This document shows positions 53,631-64,000 of a stretch of DNA of 64,000 nucleotides, piece after piece. Location: the NCBI RefSeq assembly GCF_039541115.1, contig NZ_BAABFP010000005.1, positions 496,001-560,000 of the forward strand, given 5' to 3'. The notes under the pieces were generated by a model that did no database searches, was not told where the DNA came from, and worked only from the letters and a program-made list of their open reading frames with translations. Numbering within the stretch: the stretch's first letter is position 1; each line of letters begins with the position of its first letter. The translations under genes and the position numbers were made by a program. The stretch is from Angustibacter luteus (GTDB lineage Bacteria; Actinomycetota; Actinomycetes; Actinomycetales; Angustibacteraceae).

Positions 53631-56161
53631 TGCTGCGAGTCACCCTCCAGGGGGTGCGGGGGCACCTCCTGCGCTTCCTCCTGACCACGCTGTCGGTGAT
53701 GCTCGGCGTCGCCTTCGTGGCCGGGACGTTCGTGCTCAGCGACAGCCTGAAGGCGACGTTCGACAGCATCTCGGAGGGCTCCACGCTGGGCACCGACGTG
53801 CTGGTCCGGGGCGTCGAGGTGAACCAGGGCGTCGCCGACCAGGAGGACCTGCGCCAGCCCGTCCCGCTCACCGAGGCGGACCAGATCGCCAAGGTCGACG
53901 GCGTGGCCTCGGCCCACCCCGACCTGGCGGGAACGGCCGTGCTGGTCGGCAAGGACGGCACGGCGGTCCGCAACGGTGGCGCGCCGAGCTTTGGCTTTGC
54001 CTACCACGAGGACGGGGTCGCCCTGAAGCTGGTCAAGGGCCGCGCACCGGAGAACAAGAACGAGATCGTGGTGGAGTCGAAGACCCTGGAGAAGTCCGGG
54101 TTGGGCGTCGGGAGCCAGACCAAGCTGGTCGTGGCCGGCTCGGCGCTGCCGGTGACCATCGTCGGGGAGCAGCAGTTCGCCGGCGGTCAGGCAGGGCAGA
54201 CCATCGTGACCGTCTACGAGCCGGCCGCGCGTGAGTGGTTCGCCCCGGACGGCATGGTGCAGTCGATCAGCGTGCGGGCGGACGACGGCGTCACCCAGCA
54301 GGAGCTGCGCGACCGGATCGCCGCCACCCTGCCGTCGGGCCAGCAGGCCATCACGGGTGCCGCCTACACCGAGGAGACCAAGACGTCGTTCGCCCAGGGC
54401 CTCGGCTTCCTGACCACGTTCCTCACGGTGTTCGCGGGTATCAGCCTGCTGGTCGGGCTCTTCATCATCTTCAACACGTTCTCGATGCTGGTCGCGCAGC
54501 GGACCCGTGAGCTCGCCCTGCTGCGGGCTGTCGGCGCCGCTCGCGGCCAGGTCATCCGGGTGGTGCTCGGCGAGGCCGTGGTCATCGGTCTCGTCGGGGG
54601 CGCGCTCGGCCTGCTGGCCGGCATCGGGCTCGCGAAGGGGCTGCAGCTGCTCGTCGGCTCGTTCGGGCTCAAGATCGACAGCGGCCTGCCGGTGCAGACC
54701 AGCACGGTCGTGTGGAGCCTGGCCATCGGTGTCGGCGTCACCTTGGTGAGCGCGATCCTACCCGCCCTACGCGCGGGCCGCATCGCACCGGTCGCCGCGA
54801 TGCGCGACGACGTGGCCCTGCCGGAGAAGAGCCTGCGCCGTCGCGGCCTCCTGGGCGGCGTCGGCCTGGTGATCGGCGTGGCCGTGATGGTCTACGGCGT
54901 CACGGCCCTCGAGGGCGGCGATGCCGCGAAGGTCCTCGGCATCGGTGCGTTCCTGACGTTCATCGGGATGGTCGTGGCGGCCCCGCTGCTCTCCCGGCCG
55001 GTCCTCACCGTGCTCGGCGCACCCGGGGCGAAGCTCTCTCGCACGGTCGGCAAGATCGCGCTCGACAACACCCTGCGCAACCCGCGCCGCACCGCCACGA
55101 CGGCGATCTCGCTGATGATCGGGCTGGCGCTGGTCTCGGCGTTCGCCGTGATCGCCGCGACCACCAACGCGTCGATCGACAAGCTGGTCGACGACCAGGT
55201 GAAGGCGGACTTCGTGCTGAGCGGCGGGAACTCGCCGTTCCCGAACTCGGTCGCCGACCAGGCCAGCCAGCTGGACGGCGTCGAGGCGGTCGTCGACCAG
55301 GGCCTGGTGCCGGTCAAGGTCGGCGACGCGACGGTCACCGGAGCGGGCGTGTCCGGCGCGGGCCTCGCGGCCACCGTCGACCTGGCGATCGAGTCGGGGG
55401 ACATCACCTCGCTGGACCAGGGGAAGATGGCGATCTCGCACTCGTTCGCCACCGACCACGACCTCCAGGTCGGCGACCAGGTCAAGGCGACCGTCGGGGT
55501 GAGCACCGACCAGGACCTGACCGTCGGGGCGATCTACACCGACTCGCAGGCGATCGGCACGCCGGTGCTCGTCCCGCGCGAGCTGTACGAGAAGTCGGTG
55601 CCCGCGGCGCAGCAGGTGTCCTTCGCGGCGTTCGTGAAGACGGCACCGGGAGCGGACCTGGAGCAGGTGCGCAGTGAGCTGACCGCGCTCGTCAAGCCAC
55701 AGCTGGTGATCTCCGTGCAGGACCGCGACGAGTTCAAGGCGGCCAGCCGTTCCCAGGTCAACCAGCTGCTCGGCCTGCTGTACGGGCTGCTCGGGCTGTC
55801 CGTGATCATCGCGGCGCTGGGCATCATCAACACCCTCGCGCTGTCCGTCTTCGAGCGGACGCGCGAGATCGGCCTCCTGCGGGCGGTCGGGATGACCCGA
55901 CGGCAGCTGCGCCGGACGATCGGCAACGAAGCGGTGCTGACCGCCCTGTTCGGAGCGGTCCTGGGGACGGCGCTCGGGCTGACCCTCGGCATCCTGCTCC
56001 AGCGGGTGCTCGCCGACCAGGGCCTCGACGTGCTCGCCGTGCCCTACGTCCAGGTGCTGCTGACCTTCGTGCTGGCCGGGCTCGTCGGTCTGGTCGCCGC
56101 GCTGTGGCCGGCGTGGCGGGCGTCCAAGCTGGACGTCATCCGCGCCGTCACGGCGGAGTAG
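53630..56161 (+). CDS. FtsX-like ABC permease (duplicated)
   Basis: QRTRELALLRAVGA and ERTREIGLLRAVG; TGATG coupling to ATPase. Confidence 0.92.
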   Translation: MLRVTLQGVRGHLLRFLLTTLSVMLGVAFVAGTFVLSDSLKATFDSISEGSTLGTDVLVRGVEVNQGVADQEDLRQPVPLTEADQIAKVDGVASAHPDLAGTAVLVGKDGTAVRNGGAPSFGFAYHEDGVALKLVKGRAPENKNEIVVESKTLEKSGLGVGSQTKLVVAGSALPVTIVGEQQFAGGQAGQTIVTVYEPAAREWFAPDGMVQSISVRADDGVTQQELRDRIAATLPSGQQAITGAAYTEETKTSFAQGLGFLTTFLTVFAGISLLVGLFIIFNTFSMLVAQRTRELALLRAVGAARGQVIRVVLGEAVVIGLVGGALGLLAGIGLAKGLQLLVGSFGLKIDSGLPVQTSTVVWSLAIGVGVTLVSAILPALRAGRIAPVAAMRDDVALPEKSLRRRGLLGGVGLVIGVAVMVYGVTALEGGDAAKVLGIGAFLTFIGMVVAAPLLSRPVLTVLGAPGAKLSRTVGKIALDNTLRNPRRTATTAISLMIGLALVSAFAVIAATTNASIDKLVDDQVKADFVLSGGNSPFPNSVADQASQLDGVEAVVDQGLVPVKVGDATVTGAGVSGAGLAATVDLAIESGDITSLDQGKMAISHSFATDHDLQVGDQVKATVGVSTDQDLTVGAIYTDSQAIGTPVLVPRELYEKSVPAAQQVSFAAFVKTAPGADLEQVRSELTALVKPQLVISVQDRDEFKAASRSQVNQLLGLLYGLLGLSVIIAALGIINTLALSVFERTREIGLLRAVGMTRRQLRRTIGNEAVLTALFGAVLGTALGLTLGILLQRVLADQGLDVLAVPYVQVLLTFVLAGLVGLVAALWPAWRASKLDVIRAVTAE

Positions 56162-56230
56162 CGGTCCGCGCCGCGCGGTCCGCGTGATCCGGGCTGCGCG
56201 ACTGCCCGACCTGCTGTCCTGGCCCTCGGG

Positions 56231-56906
56231 TCAGGGCAGCAGGTCGATCGTCTCCCCCGCCGCGATCCGACCGAGGTCGGCCACGGTGATCTCGGCGAGC
56301 GAGTGCGCCCGGGATCGCCCCGGGGCCGCCGGCACGGGCACGACGTGCGGGACCGCCAGGGTCGGGACCCCGGCCGCCTCCGCGGACGTCACGCCGGTCA
56401 CGGAGTCCTCGATCGCGACGCACCGGCCGGCGGGCACCCCGAGCAGCTCGGCTGCGCGCAGGTAGGGGTCGGGGTGCGGCTTGCCGCGCTCGACCCGGTC
56501 ACCCGTCACGACGACGGCGAACGTGTCCGCCGGCGCCGAGGCCAGGAAGGTGTCGGCCAGGGCCGTCCAGGACATCGTCACGAGGGCGCACGGGATGCCG
56601 CGGTCCGCCAGGGCCGCCAGCAGGTCGAGCGCGCCCGGCCGCCACGGCACGTGGGCGCCCAGCCGACGCACCACGCCACCGAGCAGCACGTCGACGATCT
56701 CGTCCTCGCCCAGCGGGACGTCTCCGTGCTCCTGGATGTAGCGCGCCGACACCCGCAGGTCGTTCCCGACCAACGCCTTGGCGTGCTCGGCCGTCCAGGT
56801 GCCACCGTGCTGCTCGACGAGGTCGTGCTCCTCCGCGATCCAGTACGGCTCGGTGTCGACCAGCGTGCCGTCCATGTCCCACAGCACCGCCGCGGGGAGC
56901 GCGGAC

Positions 56907-56917
<11 letters not shown>
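56231..56917 (-). CDS. HAD-family phosphatase
   Basis: WDMDGTLVDTE, KPHPDPY, IEDSVTG. Confidence 0.92.
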
Positions 56918-60446
<3,529 letters not shown>

Positions 60447-60621
60447 GAGGGACCTTCGTGCCGGGGGCGTGCGGGCGGGTGGAGCAGCAGAAGTCTAGGC
60501 CGAGCGGCGGACACCGCCGACGGCTGCCCGCATGGTGACCGTTCCGGCGGGTCGCAGGAACTAGGCTGAAGGGACTGGTGCGCAGGGTGCCGGCACGTGT
60601 CGACGTCGTGGGGAGGCCTGG

Positions 60622-61479
60622 GTGATCGAGCTCGCGGACTGGCCCGAGCTGACCGACCCGGTGATGATCGCCGCCTTCGAGGGGTGGAACGACGCCGGCG
60701 AGGCCGCCACCTCTGCCCTGGAGCACCTGTCGCGGATCTGGGGGGCCGTGCCGTTCGCCGCGCTGGACCCGGAGGAGTACTACGACTTCCAGGTGAACCG
60801 CCCGAGCGTCTCGCGCGAACCCGACGGGCAGCGCCGGATCACCTGGCCCACCACGCGGCTGCTCGCGGCCCACGTCCCGGCCCTGGGCCGGGACGTCGTC
60901 CTGGTCGACGGCATCGAGCCGTCGATGCGCTGGCGCTCCTACGTGGTCGAGCTGCTCGAGGCGGCCGACCGGCTCGGTGTGCAGGCGCTGGTCACCGTGG
61001 GGGCGCTGCTGGCGGACGTCCCGCACACCCGGCCGATCCCGATCACCGGGACCAGCGACCACGACCTGATGCTGCACCGGGACGGCGTGGAGCGCTCCCA
61101 GTACGAGGGACCGACGGGAATCGTGGGAGTGCTCAGCGACGCCGCGGCACAGGCCGAGGTGCCGGCGCTGTCCCTGTGGGCCGCCGTGCCGCACTACGCC
61201 GGTGCCGGGCCCTCGCCCAAGGCGACGCTCGCGCTGCTGCGCCGGATCGAGGAGCTGCTGGACGTCACGATCGACCTCGACGACCTGCCCGACCAGGCCT
61301 ATGCGTGGGAGCACGGGGTGGACGAGCTCGCCGAGGGCGACAGCGAGGTCGGCGAGTACGTGCGGGCGCTGGAGGAGGCCAAGGACACCTCCGAGCTGCC
61401 CGAGGCGTCGGGCGAGGCGATCGCGCTGGAGTTCGAGCGCTACCTGCGACGCCGGGACGACGACCCGCCCAAGCGCTGA
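60622..61479 (+). CDS. PAC2-family (proteasome assembly chaperone-like) protein
   Basis: AFEGWNDAG, YYDFQVNRP, LLADVPHTRP, YEGPTGI. Confidence 0.88.
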   Translation: MIELADWPELTDPVMIAAFEGWNDAGEAATSALEHLSRIWGAVPFAALDPEEYYDFQVNRPSVSREPDGQRRITWPTTRLLAAHVPALGRDVVLVDGIEPSMRWRSYVVELLEAADRLGVQALVTVGALLADVPHTRPIPITGTSDHDLMLHRDGVERSQYEGPTGIVGVLSDAAAQAEVPALSLWAAVPHYAGAGPSPKATLALLRRIEELLDVTIDLDDLPDQAYAWEHGVDELAEGDSEVGEYVRALEEAKDTSELPEASGEAIALEFERYLRRRDDDPPKR

Positions 61480-61507
61480 CCTGGGCCTGACCCGCCTTGC
61501 TGAAACG

Positions 61508-62770
61508 TCAGAGGCGGACGCCCAGCACGGCGTCCAGCGCGCGCGCCAGGACGCCGGGGGCGCCGATCTCGTCACCACCGCGGTTGAGCTGCTGGTCGGC
61601 CCAGCGGTCGACGGCGGCCAGGGCGTCCGGGGTGCGCAGATCGTCGCTGAGGCACTCCCGCACGTGCTGCAGGGTCTGGCTCGCGTCCGGTCCACCGTCG
61701 CGTGACAGGGCCGCCCGCCACCGGTCCAGCCGCTGCTGCGCGTTCGCCAGCACCGCGTCGGTGTAGAACCAGTCCGTGCGGTAGTGGTGGTCCAGCAGGG
61801 CCAGCCGGATCGCCATCGGGTCCACCCCGGCCCGCCGCAGCGCCGACACCAGGACGAGGTTGCCCCGGGACTTGCTCATCTTGTGCCCGTCCAGGCCGAC
61901 CATCGCCTGGTGCACGTAGCTGCGCGCGAACGGCCATTCACCGGTCAGCGACGCGGCGTGCGCGGCACTCATCTCGTGGTGCGGGAAGACCAGGTCGGTA
62001 CCGCCGCCCTGCAGGTCGAAGGACATGCCGAGGCGACGCACCGCGATCGTCGAGCACTCGACGTGCCAGCCCGGTCGACCTGGGCCCAGGCTGCCGCCGT
62101 CCCAGGAGGGCTCGCCCGGGCGGGCGGCCCGCCACAGCAGGGCGTCGAGGGCGTCCTTCTTGCCGGGCCGGTCCGGGTCCCCGCCGCGCTCGGCGTACAC
62201 CTCGAGCATCTGCTCGCGCGTCCAGCTCGACACCGCGCCGAAGCGCGGCTGGCTGGCGACGTCGTAGTACACGTCCTGCAGCGCGCCCTCGGCGGCCTCG
62301 CCGTCCGGGACGTCGACGCCGTACGCTGCGCCCGCGGCGACCAGCGCGCGCACGTCGGTGGCGATCTCGCCCACCGAGTCGACCACGCTGACGTAGTCGT
62401 CCGGCGGTAGCACGGCCAGCGCCGTCATGTCCTCGTGGAAGAGCGCGATCTCCTGCCGGGCCAGGTCGCGCCAGTCCACGCCGTCCCGCTCGGCGCGCTC
62501 GAGAAGCGGGTCGTCGACGTCGGTGACGTTCTGCACGTAGTGCACGGCGTGACCGTTGTCCCGCCAGACCCGCTGGACCACGTCGAACGTCACGTAGGTC
62601 GCGGCGTGCCCCAGGTGCGTCGCGTCGTACGGCGTTATGCCGCACACGTAGAGGGTCGCGGTCGGCCCGGGGCTGGTCGGGCGCAGCTCACCGGACGAGG
62701 TGTCGTGGATGCGCAGCGGGACCGGTGGCCCGGGAACGGCGGGAACCGAGGGGGCGGGCCAGGACGTCAC
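61508..62770 (-). CDS. mshC: Cysteine--GlcN-Ins ligase (mycothiol biosynthesis)
   Basis: [32 protein letters not shown]. Confidence 0.95.
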   Translation of the reverse strand: MTSWPAPSVPAVPGPPVPLRIHDTSSGELRPTSPGPTATLYVCGITPYDATHLGHAATYVTFDVVQRVWRDNGHAVHYVQNVTDVDDPLLERAERDGVDWRDLARQEIALFHEDMTALAVLPPDDYVSVVDSVGEIATDVRALVAAGAAYGVDVPDGEAAEGALQDVYYDVASQPRFGAVSSWTREQMLEVYAERGGDPDRPGKKDALDALLWRAARPGEPSWDGGSLGPGRPGWHVECSTIAVRRLGMSFDLQGGGTDLVFPHHEMSAAHAASLTGEWPFARSYVHQAMVGLDGHKMSKSRGNLVLVSALRRAGVDPMAIRLALLDHHYRTDWFYTDAVLANAQQRLDRWRAALSRDGGPDASQTLQHVRECLSDDLRTPDALAAVDRWADQQLNRGGDEIGAPGVLARALDAVLGVRL

Positions 62771-62799
62771 GCGCGAAGCCTAACCAGCAGGGACGACGG

Positions 62800-63606
62800 T
62801 CAGAACGGCGGCCACGGGATGACCGGTCCGTACGCGTCAGGTCGTGGGAACCGGCCGGACCGGACCAGTGCCGCCGCCCGCGACCGGGTGCGGGCGACCT
62901 CCCGCGGGGTCAGCAGCTCCTGCAGGGCCGTCGCCAGTGGACCGTCGACGCCCAGCTGGTCGGCCACCCGGGCCACGACGTCCACGCAGTCCGCCGGCAG
63001 CGCTGCACCCTGCCACCCCCACAGCACGCTGCGCAGCTTGTCGTCGACGTTGAAGCTGAGCCCGTGGTCGCACCCCCACAGGTGGCGGTCCTCGGCGACC
63101 AGCACGTGGCCGCCCTTGCGGTCCGCGTTGTCGATGACAGCGTCGAACACGGCCATCCGGGCCAGGGCGGGGTCGTCGCGGTGCACGAGGACGACGTCGC
63201 TGCCCTCACCGTCCTGGGCGTTGAGCACCGGCAGCCAGCCGTCCGGCACCCCACCGAGCGGGACGACGTCCACCATCTCGGTCTCCTCGTCCGTGTCGAT
63301 CCAGAGCTGCACGCTGCCCGGGCCGAACGGTCCGTCCCGCCACACCGTGGGCGGTACCACCTCCCAGCCGGTCGCCTCCGAGACCAGGTAGGCGGCCACC
63401 TCCCGCCGCCCCAGCGTGTCGCGGGGGAAGTCACGCAGCGGCCGCTCCCCCGCGACCGGCTTGTAGATGCAGTGCGCGGCGACCCCGTCCAGCTCGATCG
63501 CCGCGTAGAGCGTGGCGTTGGAGGCGGCGGTCATCCGGCCCTCGACCGTGATCTCGCCGGACTGGAGCAGGGTCAACGCGTCCTGACGGCCCCCCGTCGA
63601 GCTCAC
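62800..63606 (-). CDS. SCO1664-family PI3/4-kinase-like protein
   Basis: ASNAT, YKPVAGERPL, REVAAY, NADRKGGH, DHG, IPWPPF. Confidence 0.88.
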   Translation of the reverse strand: MSSTGGRQDALTLLQSGEITVEGRMTAASNATLYAAIELDGVAAHCIYKPVAGERPLRDFPRDTLGRREVAAYLVSEATGWEVVPPTVWRDGPFGPGSVQLWIDTDEETEMVDVVPLGGVPDGWLPVLNAQDGEGSDVVLVHRDDPALARMAVFDAVIDNADRKGGHVLVAEDRHLWGCDHGLSFNVDDKLRSVLWGWQGAALPADCVDVVARVADQLGVDGPLATALQELLTPREVARTRSRAAALVRSGRFPRPDAYGPVIPWPPF

Positions 63607-64000
63607 CGTCGGTGGCCGTTGGCCCGCGGGCAGATGTGACCTTCGGGGTCCAACGGGTTGCCGCAGAACGGGCAGGGCGGGCGACCGGCCTCAACGACCG
63701 CGACGGCCCGCTTGGCGAAGGCACGGGCGGCCGCTCCCGTCAGGCTGACCCGCATGACCATCGCCTCGGGTGACGGCTCGAGCTCACCGTCCTCACCGAC
63801 GTCCTCGCCCACCTCGAGGCACTCGATCACGACCCGCTCGGCGTCTGCGTCCCAGGTCAGGCTCATGGTGCCGACCCGGAAGTCCTCCTCGACGGGGGTG
63901 CTCAGCGGGGCGCTGTCGGCCAGGCCGACGGGGGTCATCGCGGGCACCGGGGCCTGCCCGCCGGTCCGGCGCACGACCTCGTCCAGCAGCTCGTCGACCC
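63603..64000 (-). CDS. DUF3090-type conserved protein, 5' end outside window
   Basis: FRVGTMSLTWD, AGRPPCPFCGNPLDPEGHICPRANG. Confidence 0.85.
   Translation of the reverse strand, partial: VDELLDEVVRRTGGQAPVPAMTPVGLADSAPLSTPVEEDFRVGTMSLTWDADAERVVIECLEVGEDVGEDGELEPSPEAMVMRVSLTGAAARAFAKRAVAVVEAGRPPCPFCGNPLDPEGHICPRANGHRR

Noticed and set aside
60447..60621. Cobalamin or SAM riboswitch upstream of metH (also checked upstream of kamD)
   Set aside because: Gaps are short and shared with divergent genes; no recognisable B12-box or SAM-IV core

Overview
High-GC actinomycete chromosomal window containing the Pup-proteasome region (arc, dop, pup, prcB, prcA, pafA, two FKBP genes, pafB, pafC, tatA, tatC, helY) and its usual neighbours (lnt/ppm1 on the left; trmI, RecB-like nuclease, metH, PAC2-family gene, mshC on the right). 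Accessory material: (i) a radical-enzyme lysine degradation set (kamA, kdd, kamD, kamE, kal) with no kce in the window; (ii) an endonuclease VII-family gene wedged between pup and prcB, overlapping both, next to an abruptly AT-recoded 3' end of pup, which looks like a free-standing homing endonuclease with a co-converted target; (iii) an anthranilate/salicylate-CoA catabolic cluster split by a four-gene cassette (secreted protein, ABC ATPase, two membrane proteins). Non-coding signals include a candidate structured ~220-nt leader RNA upstream of lnt, PafBC-type promoters, a sigma-28-like promoter, a repeated TGACG-N4-TCA site and many leaderless starts. No rRNA, tRNA, CRISPR array or transposase was seen. 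All calls come from reading motifs and gene context; no searches were run.
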